A stretch of 64,000 nucleotides of DNA from Amoebidium appalachense (Eukaryota > Protista > Ichthyosporea), in the NCBI GenBank assembly GCA_963693365.1, contig CAVNZM010000001.1, positions 15,548,418 through 15,612,417 on the forward strand. Reading direction: 5' to 3'. Of the stretch, positions 1-53,707 are shown in pieces. Within the stretch, counting starts at the first letter, position 1. The number at the start of each line of letters is the position of its first letter. The notes under the pieces were generated by a model. That model was not told the origin of the DNA. It saw only the letters and a program-made list of their open reading frames with translations, and did not search any database. Both the position numbers and the translations under genes were made by a program.

Positions 1-26447
<26,447 letters not shown>

Positions 26448-26491
26448 CACTTTTATGTCCGTGTAATACTGTACCTCCTCTTTTTTCAGCT

Positions 26492-26534
<43 letters not shown>

Positions 26535-26574
26535 CCCACCCACCCACCGGCGCCCCTCCTCCTTGTCGTCGTGT

Positions 26575-26605
<31 letters not shown>

Positions 26606-29600
26606 CCCCAATGCTTGTGCTGTTGGACTGCAAGAAATTTTAGGGGAAGGTTTCGTGGCGGGTGCGGGTGGGTGGGTGTGGTGATGGTGGTGATGATTAT
26701 GCGTGTGTTGTGTGTGTGTGTGTTGGGGGGGGGGGGGGGGGTTTCCTTGCATGAAATCATTTTGTTCATTGCGAATGATCGGGGCTGGTCGTTGCATGTA
26801 CAAATGTAGGTTTCAAGAATAGATAGCTACGTTTCAGTTTATGATAGACTGGACGATATTGGCAGGAAAACTTGGTTTGTGTGGCTTATTGTTTAATTTA
26901 TGTAGGTACAGTTCAATCATGTGCGCTCTTTATGAGGTGGTAGAAGCCTCTCATACAAAGACACACCGTGTTTCAGTGCAGAATTGGTCTGAATGGGGGG
27001 GAGGGGGGAGGGGGGGGGGGGGGATGTTGTTAGATCGTGTGGCTGTATCAATCAATACTTTTTTAATGCAAAGAGTTTGACGAACGTTTTTAACGGTTAG
27101 TTTGGTAGATATTTTAAAATAAACCTAATATAGAGCCAATGATTGATCATGAAGGGGTTCTATCTGGGGGATGATTATAAAAATGAAGACATCGTGATGA
27201 TGTCCGTCCCTGGCCGGTGTTCGGCCGGAATACCACCACGTTGTGTGCGTGTAGTGCATTCATTGTCACAGTGTGCGTGGTGCCATATGGGGATGTGCAC
27301 GTGTGTGTGTGTGTGGAGAGTGTGTGTGTGTGTGTGTGTGTACGTGTGTGTGTGCGTGTGTGTTTGTCTCGTCCAAACTATTGTGTTGTGTCCGAAAGCC
27401 GGCACCTCAGAGCAGTAGCACAACCACGCTCTATTACTACTATTAAAATTTTCCTTTCACTTGCAACTCTGAGTCAGCAGAGGGTAATCACGATGTGCCG
27501 GGCCGGATCTATCTAGAGAGGTCAGGCCGCCATGATACAGTTGAGCATCACCATGGCAAGGACATGTGTGTCCCGTGCACACGTAAGTATGGCCATCGTT
27601 GTATGCACCGTGCATAGATGAGCCTTGCCAGCTCACATGGTGTCATGATCATTCAAAACAAGGCAAGAGCCACATCGGCAGACACGTGCACAATCACAGT
27701 CTGGCTGCGCACTTTTTGTTGTTAGTGGCGCCGAGCCAAGATCATATGGCTGCGCGAACCGGTACCGTTTGCAAATGTCCACATGTGTACGCGCAAAGAG
27801 GAAATGACACGTGTTGAGGTTGTCATGATCTCTCCTGCCCGCACACATCCGAGCTCGAGAGTCGACTGGCCCCATTTTGAACTGGTACGTACGTTTCACG
27901 TTAATCAAAATAGATGGCGGTTGTCCTGGCGAACATGATGGTATGTACAGATGCATGCATGCATTATGAACACGCACAGGCATCTTGATTCATAAATAAA
28001 CTTAGAGCATCATAAAATGCATGTTGGTCGAGCATCAGCTTGGCCGGTTGGCACCGTCAAACTGTGTACAACGGCTGCCTGCATCACGTGCATGCAGGCT
28101 GCGGAAACAGACGGCTTGACCACAGATCTAGACGGCATGCTGCCACAGTGCACGCACGGCCGTCGATCCATGTTGATGCGGCGCATTGCACTGTGCACAC
28201 ACAGGCAGTTGTGGTTGTCGAGTGCCTTGTGTTAATCCATATACAACATTGGATACTTTTACAGTGCAGAAATATTGCTTTTTTTAAGGTATATAAACCA
28301 ACAAACACGGGTTTGCACTTGTAGCGTAGAAGGGTTCCATGCATGACACATTTGGTCATTGACTCATGCCATCGATCGGCGGGACTCAGGACTCGCCAGA
28401 CCATCAGTCCGTGTCAGCCAATCACGCGCAAGGTCGGTAGTGCCAAAAGGACCAATCAGCAGAGGTACCATAAAAATTTAGCGCGAGGGACGTTATGATT
28501 GGTCTGTTATGAACCATATACCAAATATGGGTTCACAAAACATTCCCAGAAGAACTGTGAAGGGCTTGGAAAAACCAGCGCGATAAGGGTTTTGAATGAC
28601 AATAATGCATAACAACATAATTATTCTTTTGTCCCCTTTGTTTGATATTCTCTTTGAATACAACCTTAAATCTGTTTTAGCTCTATTCAAGAGGCCAGCC
28701 CACAATATGGCAATATATACTGAATGAAGATGAACTGTTTGGCCCACAGCTCAGTGCAGGGGATCGCGGTGACGGGCCTGACGGCATCGTTTTGAGATCT
28801 GGGGGGGGGGGGTAAATACCTTGGTGTGAAGTGGCAGCCATCGACCTGGAAAAAAAAAATACGCATTAGATGTTAGAGAGTGCGGATTCTATAAAATAAC
28901 AGATAAGCCTTATTATTCCTATCTTGTTGAGCAATTTTTATAGAGTTCATATGGCCTCTCCAGGAGTTGTAATACGCGCCACCCGCTGCGCATGCAGTGG
29001 CCGTTGGGCCGGCCGGCGCCAGCCCTTCTTGAATCATGGCTGGCCATGGCTGCCTGCAAGTATGAATTGATAAATCACTTTAACTTATCTGTCTCCATTT
29101 CCTAGAAGCTTTCCATGTAAACATTGGATAATCTAGAAAGCAGAATATTAGCTTTTTTCCTGTAAAGTACTCCCTGTGCTTTGCAATACAAAGCAGTCGA
29201 GGGGTCGGATGCAAGCCTTGATAAATCTGGCTCAGATGCTCCACCAGTCAGAGCACAGCAGGCAGCCGGGTGGCTTGCAATTGTCAACAACGGCTGCTAG
29301 CGCCGTTTATATGACAACATGTGAATAACCAATATATACATATTACAATTTGAATAAATACAGATAACTAGCCAATACTAACACATGAAGAGACCCATTT
29401 AGAAATAATTCTAACTGTGAAGACTTCAGACCAAGCTTGAAAGCCGACAGTCTGAGTAAGCCGGAATGTGGAGCGGAAAGCTGGCGAGCTGATCCAATCG
29501 GCAAACACATGCTGATTACGACCGAGTGATTACGCTGATATGTAACCAATCAACAATTCTAATGGATAATGATAACAATAAAAATAATATCCTTTCGAGC

Positions 29601-29932
29601 GGTGGTCCAATCGTATGCGCTACATTTCTGGAGGGTTTCAGCGTGTCTCCTGCACAGATGGGGCGCAATAAAAGCGTCGCCGCCATCTCGACCCGTGCAT
29701 GAAGTGTTTTTCCCACCGTGACTGCCAGCACTCAGGAAAGTCAGACTTGAGTGTGAACCAGTCAGTGCGTGGTCAAAACAAAACGAAAATCCACAAATGG
29801 GAGAGGTATAGAACGACAACGCACTTAGTGAGACATACACCGTACATATAACTGTACATACATTCAGTTTACTACAGTAAGAAAACGCAGCGAATATACG
29901 CGCAGGTTTGTAACCAAAAAAAAACCGACACA

Positions 29933-31243
29933 ATGGGTAGTGCAAGTCTTGATTCGTCGTGTGACCCACACTGGCAAAGCATCCAGGAGGCTGCAAGGAG
30001 AAGATTGCAGAGCGAAGGGGCCATGGCTATGGTTGAGTTTTTGTTGAAGGCACCGCCCCCAGCTGACGAGGCGTCAAACCTGCAAAGACCACGCAGGCGC
30101 CGAACATTTTCCGAGCTGGAAAGGGACTTTGTGTGCCCCCACGATGGATGCCAAAGGTGTGTTTCATTGCTAGGCCTGTAGGGATGGGGGGAAGGGGGTG
30201 AGGGGTTGTGGGTTGGAGAAGGATGTGGGGAAGAAAGAAAATGAGGAAAACACTTAACGAAAGAAAAGCACTGTATTGATTTGTGTTATCGTTGGCAGAG
30301 GTAGGAAGACCAACTTGGTGTTGTATCGTACACGGGACAAGAAATTATTATGGCTTTTAATGGATGGTCTGTATGCTTGTTGCTCGTTTACTGTTAGATT
30401 TGCTGTCGTTTTCTGCGTGGAATTGAACAGAGGGGGGGAGGGGGGGGGGGGGGGGGGGGGGATGTCATCGAAAACATGAATTGAATCTAGGAGAGGTATC
30501 TAGGAGTTGGTAGGGGGAAGTACAGAGGAACAATGAATAACTGGGATCTCTTAGCACAAGAGTGCCCAAAGAAGAAATGATGAAGTAGATGAAAAGTGCT
30601 CGTGTGTTGAGTTTCTTCTTCCAAACCGCATTCACACTCGGATAGCATATGATGTGAACCTCGTGGTATCATGGCATCTGCAGAGACTTCCTTGCCTCTT
30701 TCAACCCGGTACTACTCAGTGATGCACCGTTGACACTCTTGTCCTATTTTTTACAGGTGCTATGCGTCCAAACACGCACTCCAACAACACCTACGACTAA
30801 AACACGGTGCCAGGCAGTTGGAGTCGGTGCCCAAAAAGGCAACACAGTCAGCAGCCCGTCGCGAATTGGAGACTCTATCCGGCTCCTCCACCTCATTTTC
30901 TTTTTCGTCGCTCACCCCGCGCCCGCCCATGTTCTCATTGGCTGCGGATCACACGCCCCGGTCGCTGTTTGCCAGCCCCCCGAGCAGCCCGGACACGGAT
31001 TCTGTCGATTTTTCCACCGGCTCGTTCTCCTCTGACCAGCTCCTAGAATCTTCTCTCTTGGACCAGTATTCCACGTGGGCACAAACACCTGGGCCCCACC
31101 ACCCAATCAAAATGGAGTATGAATATCCGGTGGACGTGTATTGCTGGTCAACGGCCCCAATCGCACCGGAATTTCAAATTCCGGATTCAAGTGTTCTGGA
31201 GCTGCTAACGATGGAACTGCAGGACTTGATAAACAACGTGTAG
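29933..31243 (+). CDS. Single C2H2 zinc-finger transcription factor (Con7-like basic region + finger), two exons 29933-30156 and 30757-31243
   Basis: Splice aaag|gtgtgt ... ttacag|g restores RPRRRRTFSELERDFVCPHDGCQRCYASKHALQQHLRLKH; Ser-rich and acidic C-terminus ending ELLTMELQDLINNV*. Confidence 0.88.
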
Positions 31244-32260
31244 CCTCCCCCCAGCGAGATAAATGTAGAGTTGAAAATTTGAGATTTACAGCTGAAATTT
31301 ACGACTGTTAATAGCGATTGAATGCAATATAAGCCTTTAGTGTTGTTCGATCAGTGTTTGCTGGCATGCTGGCGTGTAATATATATGTGATCAAGATGTG
31401 ATGAAGTATCGGTATGAAAAGGCCGCTGGCCGGTCTAAACTTACTTTTTCTTTGCCCCTGACTTGATTTGCTTTCTTTTTGCCTTGGTGGTGTTTGCGCA
31501 GTTGTTGTTTCCTTTTGCTGATTTTTCGAACACCATTTGTTCTCGTTCTTCATAGCACTGTGATACATACAGACAGTACATATATGTAGTATGCTTTCAA
31601 GATGTTCATACATTTTAGCACTACTTAGTTCACTACTCGGATGAACCAGAAATCCGTTTTTTTGCTGCTTATAATACCTGAATGCATGGGAATCACTTTG
31701 CCCCTTTTCACATGGCCAGTGGCTATGGAACCTTCGATATCTGACACTTGTGATCTAGAATAGTCTGTGGTGGGCATATAATTCCGTGATCATTTGATAC
31801 TGCTCACCACTGCCACATAGGAAATATAAACTTATAAGAAATATATAAAATATAACAATTCCTAGATTTGGGAATAATCGAGAATAAACGTGTGACAAAT
31901 ATCTGAGTCGTGTCAGATGATTGTTGCATACATGGAAGTGGCCTCAAGGGGGGGGGGGGGGGGGGATGTGATCAGCGGGGTGTTGATGTTGTCTGGTAAG
32001 GAGGTACATGCTGTCAGCGGTTTTGCTACCATCATCAAAGTTTACAGCTCTACATGCTTGAATGGAATGGCAGTCTGGCTGCAGTGTATATGTCGTATGT
32101 TTGTGTGTGTACGTGTACGCCGTGCGCCTGAACGCATGCCTCCGTACGTGGGTTCGTGTGCATAAACCACGTGTGTGTGTTCCCCGTGTGTGCATATGTG
32201 TGCGTGTTCATTTGCATGTGCATGTGCATTTGCGTGTGCGTGTGCGTGTGCGTGTGCATT

Positions 32261-32291
<31 letters not shown>

Positions 32292-33074
32292 CTGTGTGTG
32301 CGCGTGCGCATGGGTGTTTGCATGGGTGCCGGGTAAGCAAATTGTACCCGAGTGTGCCCGTCCGTCTTCATGTACGTGTACCAATTCGTGTTTTCCAATT
32401 AGTAAATGTCAAGCCATGTACGCACACACACACACATACACGCACGCGCGCGCGCACATACACACACACACATGCACACACACACACACAAACACAAACA
32501 CACACGCACAGTGCAATATGTTCGACACGTGTTTTCTTGCCAACTGCAGGTGAATTCATTTCTGTGTGCCTACCGAAAAGGGTGGGGGGAAAGGGTGGGG
32601 GGACGGTTTATTTACGAGAATTCAATTAGTAAGGAAAGTACTTCACCTGCGAAATGTGACATGATACGATTCCGAAAGAGATCGTGCAGCCACAACCCCC
32701 CCCCCCCCCCCTCCCCCCCCACACACACACACACGCCACCCCCTCTTCCCCGGCCCCCCCATGTACTCTGCTTAGGTGCTGCAGTGCACTCACGGTATGT
32801 TTGTTTTTATGCTCAAATTTTAGTCTGTTACAACTTTTACCAATTCTATGCAAAAGTTTCTTTCTTGTCATGCAGTTTTACCGCATAACACGGTTGCCCC
32901 CGAGGCCCCCCCTCTCCCCTCCCCCCTCCCCCTTGGTCCTTCTGTGTAATGTGTAATTTTTTGGTTTTCTTGCATGAGTACTTGTGTGCGAGTTTCAACG
33001 GTGTGTGTGTGTGTGTGTACATGTGTATATCGATATGTGTGTGTGGTGGTGATGGTGGTGGTGGTGGTGGTGGT

Positions 33075-33136
<62 letters not shown>

Positions 33137-33483
33137 TGGAGGGGATGTGGGGAGAGATGGTGGTGGGATGATGGGGGGTAGGGAGAGGTGGGGGGAGGGG
33201 TATTGTGGGGTGAATAAGCTCGAGACACTTTCGGATGCTTTAAGTGTGTCGATGAGGAGGGATAGTGGATGTTTCAAAACTTTAAGTTAAACTTAAAACT
33301 TAAAGCCTTAAAGTTTAGGTTAATGGTACCCAGCCACCAACATCGCTTTGAGACCACTTTGCAAGTGCAAATAGAGAGATGAAAGTGAAGGCGAAACTTG
33401 CTTTAAAGATTCATCAAAACTTATCACACAAGTAACGTTCATATCTTCTTGAAGAGAATAGGAAACCTTCGGGGTGGGAGGGT

Positions 33484-33514
<31 letters not shown>

Positions 33515-33622
33515 GGGGGGGTAGCTTTTTTTTTTTTTTGGAAAGGGTGGTTGGGGAGGGGGGGGGTTGGGGGCGGGGGGGGGGGGGGGGGGGGGTGTTT
33601 GGTGTCGATACATGTACGTGAT

Positions 33623-33666
<44 letters not shown>

Positions 33667-34285
33667 TCACCAATGGCTGTTCGGGGCTATGCATGGTGCA
33701 ACCGCCTCTGACCATTTGTTTGTTTCGGTGTGGTGCAACCTTAGTATCTTTTTTCATAAATATAAGCAGTCGATCGGCAAGGGTTATAGATTCTACCCAC
33801 GCTGGGGCTAGGATGACGCACACTTGGGGAGAGGCTCCTGGGGAGGGAGTCTTGTGTTTTCATGCTCCATGCGTCTCTTCTCGAGGCTGTATGTAAGCTT
33901 TAATTTAGACTAGCAAAAATATCGATAAATTGTTTTAGGATATGAGGGTAGTAGGAGTTGTTTTTCTTCTTTTCATTTTTATTTGTTGTTGTTGTTGTTT
34001 TTTTTTTTTTTTGGGGGGGGGGGGGGAGGGGATAAATGCGGAACATGTTGAGGCTCTCTGGATTCCGGCAATTAAGAATTACAATTCGACTTGGTGATTG
34101 GTTTTCACTTAAGTGACCCTTAAAACTTTAAGTCCCTTGAATTCTAGTTACTGACTTGCTGGTTGGTCGACAAAGAAAGTGGTTGCACTGGTCTGATGTG
34201 CTTGAGTGGAAGTCCTCGGTTATCGTATCTCCGGTGGTTTTGTGTGTGTGTATTGGTGTGTATGAGATGTGTGCTTCTTTGTTTG

Positions 34286-34379
<94 letters not shown>

Positions 34380-34624
34380 TGTGTTTGTGTGTGTGTGCAC
34401 TCGCGTGTGCACGCACGTGTGTCTTTGTGTATTTGTGTGTATGCCGTTCCTGTGTGCATGTGTGTGTGTGTGTCTTTCTGTGTGTGTGTGTGTGTGTGTG
34501 TCTTTCTGTGTGTGTGTGTGTGTGTTTGTCCTCTGTGCTTGCGTGTCCTCTGTGTGCGCGTCAGTGTATCTTTCTGTGTTTGTGTGTGTATGTGTGTGTA
34601 TATGTGTGTGTGTGACTGTGTGTG

Positions 34625-34680
<56 letters not shown>

Positions 34681-34828
34681 TGTGTGTGCGTGTTTGTGTG
34701 TGTGTGTGTGTGTGTTTGTGCCTGTATGTGTGCTTATGTGTGTGCGTGCGCGTGTGCGTGCTTTGTGTGCGTACGTGCATGTTTGCAATTGAGTGTTTGG
34801 GGGGAAGGGGGCAGAGAAGGGCGGAGGC

Positions 34829-34859
<31 letters not shown>

Positions 34860-35000
34860 GGGGGGAAATATCGTGTATTATATCTACCCTTTCCTCCACC
34901 CCCCCCCCCCCCCCCCCCACCCCCCCCCCCACCCCATCGAACATCCATTCACATACCCCATGACACTAGAGTACTTACGCAGGCTCTACAAACCCCTACC

Positions 35001-35070
<70 letters not shown>

Positions 35071-35490
35071 GCACACACACACACACACGCACGCACGCAC
35101 ACACGCACACACGCACACACGCACACATGCACGCACGCACGCACGCACGCACGCACACACGCACGCGCCCACGCACGCACACACACATGCACGCACACAC
35201 ACGCACACGCACACACACAAACACGCGCGCGCGCGCATACACACACACCCGCACACACACATCAGATACTCCGCATTGATCATTGCTGTTTTGACGCTCG
35301 CCTTTGTGAACGCTGAACGTTCAAGATCCTTCACTAACTTTTCGAGAGGCTACAAACACGTCCTTTTTTTCAACAGTGGCAACACTGACGTGCAAAAACT
35401 GCAAAAAAAAACCATCCATCATTCGTGTTATGCAACGTATGTATACAATAACTATCGAAGTATCTTGGATATATCCAGGGACGGACATAC

Positions 35491-36207
35491 TTTCTTCCAG
35501 ATATCTGGCTTTTATTTCTTCGCATGCGTACATGCAAAGCTGCCGCGCAGCTGCAGCTCTAGCTAGCTATATAGCCATCGGTACCGCAATACTGTATCTT
35601 TGCCAAGTCATATCCGAAGTCTCCTTACTTATGAGCTTCAGCGATATTGAGGTGTATAGAAATTATACAATAGTGGTCACATGATGTACATACTCTAAAA
35701 TGAAACTAAAAACAAACTCAAACTGTAATGATATACTGTACAGGTCATGAGCAGGATTCACTCTGCCGAACGTTAACCATCCAAAACCTCCTTGCGAGCA
35801 TTAGATTTCAGTCGCTCTATTCTTGTAGTTTTCTTTCCTGCCAGATTCTTACACAACGGGGTCTGGGCGGTTGGCACAATCAGGCACACACCCGGGCTCC
35901 CCTCCCGCCTGCTTACATCTCTGCTCGCAGAAGGCCTTGCAGCGATATTTGCAGTCGATGCGCCCCCCTGGTCGTTGTATCGGCGAAAACACGGCGCAAG
36001 GCACTCGTTGTCGATCCAGTCGATCCACGGTTTGTCTGGTTGCGCGTTCCGTGCGTACACGTGCGTGGCGTGTGCCTGCACACGACCATCATCAGTTGCA
36101 ATGATACCCGAAGACACATCTGAAAAGGACTGAATAGATGCTGCTGAAACGCAAAGAGCGCTTGTGGCAGCTGCCAGAAGCACGGTATAAGTGATTCCTA
36201 GAGCCAT
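35491..36207 (-). CDS. Putative secreted Cys-containing protein of unknown function, 5' exons; the gene probably continues to about 33.2 kb
   Basis: aaaATG at 36207; signal-peptide-like MALGITYTVLLAAATSALCVSA. Phase-consistent short exons 36207-35917, 35862-35778, 35692-35629, 35558-35491 give ...TPLCKNL...EVLDVCTSCDHYCIISIHL...RQLCMYACEEIKARYLEE. Further candidate exons near 35349, 34990, 34190, 33800 and 33400 could not all be phased. Confidence 0.55.
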
Positions 36208-36326
36208 TTTTATGTGTAGAAAATGTAGATTTGTTGGGTAGGGAGTGCTGGGCTGGGCGGTTTTGTGTGGTTGTTGTGTGTTCAAATCAAACAGCTGTTT
36301 TGGAGCTTCACACTGAACCCGAGGTG

Positions 36327-36435
36327 TTTATATACCTGACTAGATCAACAGAGCCAGCCAATGAAAATATCAGAATGCATGTTAGCCAATCAGAAGATCC
36401 GTCATCTTTTTTTGGTCATCCGCACAACAGCCAAT
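36327..36435 (-). promoter_or_regulatory. TATA box plus three CCAAT boxes upstream of the secreted-protein gene
   Basis: TATATAAA on the minus strand at 36334-36327, 120 nt upstream of the ATG; AGCCAAT with CCAAT at 36358, 36386 and 36431. Confidence 0.55.
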
Positions 36436-37001
36436 CTTATTTATCCATTTTATCACCGGTATGTAACACAGTAAATTACACACCCTGGTATGGAAGCACT
36501 GCTTCAATTACTAAGTTTTGTATCAAACTTTCTGAGGAATACATATTTGGGAAAGCGCCCCGCCCACCACTACCATGCAGCAAATATTGCACCCGCTGTT
36601 TGTCGTTTCAAAGGTGATGTGCAAGTCTTCAGCAAATAATGTAGCCCTGGATGCGGGCAGAGTTCCCACTCTGAACTCTTTTCTGAACTTCCAAACAGCC
36701 AAGAGTCTCAAGAGGTGAACAAAGCCATGTCCAAAGCCGTCACCCTCAGAGCTGTGACGGTGGTGTTTTTTGATCTCGAGTGTTAAAGTGCCCAATTACA
36801 AGGTGAATTTTCCGTCTTCAAAGAGGCATAAATGTCCAAAAACACCTCCTCCCGGCATTTCCCCTCTGTAGGTATCCCCCCCCCCCCCCCCCCCCCCCCC
36901 TCCCTCCTTTCCCCGGGGCAAAGGCCCAGGCCCTTTCCAGGGGGTCTCTGTATGTATATATATCGCCCACCACCCTCGCTTCCCCGCTGGGTTTGCGTGC
37001 A

Positions 37002-37040
<39 letters not shown>

Positions 37041-37136
37041 ATGTGCTTGTGTGTGCACGTGCGTGCATGCGTGCGTGCGTGAGTGTGTGTGCGTATGTGC
37101 GTGCGTGCGTAGCGTGTTTTTGTGTGTGTTCACGTC

Positions 37137-37410
<274 letters not shown>

Positions 37411-37625
37411 TGTGCGCTTGCGTGCGTGCGTGCGTGCGTGCGTGCGACCGTGCGTGTGCGCTTGCGTGCGTGTGTGTGTGTGTGCGTGAGACCGTGCGTG
37501 CGTGCGTGCATTTGGGTATGTACTAAACCACTTAAGCATAATTGTTTTCCTTGCTGTTCGGCGTGATTTTTGGCTCGTTTTACTCGAAGGGTGGGCGAGC
37601 GGAACAAAATACGGTGATGGTGTGT

Positions 37626-37670
<45 letters not shown>

Positions 37671-38293
37671 AGATTCAAACGTTTTATGCCACCTGTAGAG
37701 ATGGATGTAACCATAAAAATGAAAGAATATATTTACAGCCACTGCCGATACCATACTTCCCCCCTCCCCCCCCCCCCCTCCCCCCCTTTCCCCTCTCCCC
37801 TGTTCCCCCCCCCCCCCCCCCCTCCCCTCCCCCAGCACCCGGGCGGAGGAGATATCCTCTTCTTGTTTTGTATATTTGCGAGCCGTGGGTGTGTTTTCGT
37901 TCTTAAGGTCATATCACTCCTATTATTGTCACCAGAGGTTACCCTTTGCTGTAGTTACAAGGCCGAACGGATGGATTGTGCCATGGTCAACAGACTATTT
38001 CCCCACATCCTCCAACCCGGCCCTCAGGGCAACTCTCTTCACCGCGTGCACGGTGCACGTGTGTGTGTCTGCCATTATATAGGACATACCAGGGCCGTAG
38101 TGTTTCGAATGGGGGATGCTGAACGTGAAAATCGAAGGGGCCAACCGCATCGGCCGAGTCAACTTGCTCCGAGCAGGAAAACTCTGCAAAAAGCAGAACT
38201 ATTTTGCTATGTTGGTTGTGCTGCCGGAGAAGGCGTGTACAATGTGTGCAACGGGGTGGGTGCGCGCGCGCACGTGTGTGTGTTTTTGTCACT

Positions 38294-38374
<81 letters not shown>

Positions 38375-38677
38375 CGTGCGTGCGCGCAAGTGTGCGTGTG
38401 TGTGCGTGTCTTTGCGAGTCTGTGTGTGTGTATGTGCGTGTGTGTGTGTGTGCGTGTGTGTGTGTGTGTGCTTGCGCACACGTGGGTGCGCGTGCATGTA
38501 CATGTTCAATATAATGTCTGCGTCTTTTTAGGGAAGGGGAAGAGGGGGGGGAGGGGGGGGGAGAATATGCTCGAAGAGAATGGTTCGGCACGGGATCCGA
38601 GGGGGAAAAGCCTTGGAGGCAAGGTGGGGGGGGGAGGGGGGGGGGAGAATGAAGGGGTTGGGCCTGAGGGGGAGGGG

Positions 38678-38709
<32 letters not shown>

Positions 38710-38864
38710 AGACAGGGCGGCCGGCTTTCCTGTACTGCTGCTAGTAAGCGAAAAGAGACACCGACACACACACTTCTCCCTCTCCTCTCCCTCTCCCCTC
38801 CAAAAAAAAAAAAAGAAAGAAAAAAGAAAAAACAAGAAAGAAAGAAAGAAAGAAAACACACACA

Positions 38865-38913
<49 letters not shown>

Positions 38914-40720
38914 ACACGCACGCACGCGCACACACACACACAGTGTCACGCACAAAGCACACCAGGTACTAACTACACATTGTTTCTTTTTAGCACTACG
39001 GCCGTTATTACGATTATGTAGTGAAAGCTCAACATCTCTAAGAAATATTGTACCTTTTTTTTTGGTTGGTTGGGGGGGGGGGGGGGGGGGGGGGGAGGGG
39101 GGGGAGGGGGGGAGAAGGACCGAGGGAGGGGGATGATGGGGGGGGGGAGGGAAAAGGGAGAGGAGGGGGGGGGGAGGGGGGGGGGGGGGGGGGGGGAGGG
39201 GGGCTGCTGCTACAATTGTCACCAAAAACAAGCACCTGCAGGGCCTCGTTTCATATTCTGGTTCTGCTGTCTATTTGAAGTGTCCGGGAGGGCCAGGAAC
39301 GGTAAAACGTTTAAACGGAATACACTTTGTTCTCGGTGTACACATGTTGCATGACGTTTGGGCTTTTATTTCTTGCAGCTGCAGCAGGCGCAACTTAAAT
39401 TCGCCACTTAGCACCTTAGCATGTACTCTTGAACTAGGCCGATATGACCGTCAATGACAATAGATAGGCTGTGATATCATGGCTACATAGTCACATTCTA
39501 CATCAGCTCAAATTCAACCATGGTTCTTAACATAGACGAATTCTGCGTATTACATTGTAAACTGGACTGGACGTATTGTATGTGTCTTTGTAGAACCATT
39601 CAAAACCTCTTGCGTTCATTTAGGCTCACCCACTAATTGCTTAATTGTGTGCTTTCTTCCCTGGGGGGGGGGGGGGGGGGGGGGGAATAAAAAGAAAAAC
39701 TGCTCGTGGGTCACTGTTTTTCGTCACTGTATTTGTAACGGGCCGCTCATATTTATATAACTACTTTAAGTACACGTGTTCATTATCATATACGATAGCC
39801 AAATATAGAAATTTTGGCTTCGAAGTTCTTGGAGCTAAAAAACGTAAAAAAAAAGGGGAAATAATAACTTGGCCCCAAATTTACCTTGCCATTTTTAGCG
39901 AATGTATTTTTTATTCATGAGTTCTAGTAATTCAGTAAGTGCACGTGCCTGCCTGCCTCAGGCTGATCATGACAATTGCAACACACCATTCCTACATGGA
40001 TATCAACCAAAAGAAAATAGTCTCTACTGTGGTGGTCTCCTAAACCTTGTGCGGCATGCACATACATGGTATTACAGGGACGCATGTGCATATTATTGTT
40101 CTGTACACCGGAGTGTGGTGCACGTGGATGTTTTGTGCACATGTTACAATAGCAGCACGATCTCCCTAAACTCCATGTTTACACATCCCTCACCCTGGCT
40201 CTGCCTCAGTGCCGGTGCTCCAAAACACACACACAAATCCCCCTAGACTCAGTGCCTGCACATGGTCGCATTCACGTGCAGGTCACGTGACACATGCAAT
40301 GCCATACTGCCGTCTAGAGCAACAAACACGGCAGCATGTATACGGGCAGCACGAAATATACTTATCGGCAGCCCACTGAACTCGCCTATTTTCTTTTTTT
40401 CATGTATGACCCTGCTTCTTTGTAAAATTACCCTTTTTAGCCTCCCGGTAGTGGATTTTGCAGGATTTGACTTCTTTGAGGTCCAAAAACCTCAAATTTT
40501 CCCCGGCGGGGCCGGGGGAGGGCGAATTCAAAAATTGCCCGCTCCTGATATGATACCCGGTACACCTACCCGTTGCAAACATGGAAGAAAGGGCTATATC
40601 CAGTGTTTATCATAATATTGTAATAGTTTGCTATTGGGTTCCACGTGTAAGAAAAGGTAGCAATATTCCTACTTTTTTTTTCCTTTATTTTTTCCAGTTT
40701 TATAATTTGGCCGTATCGTG

Positions 40721-53707
<12,987 letters not shown>

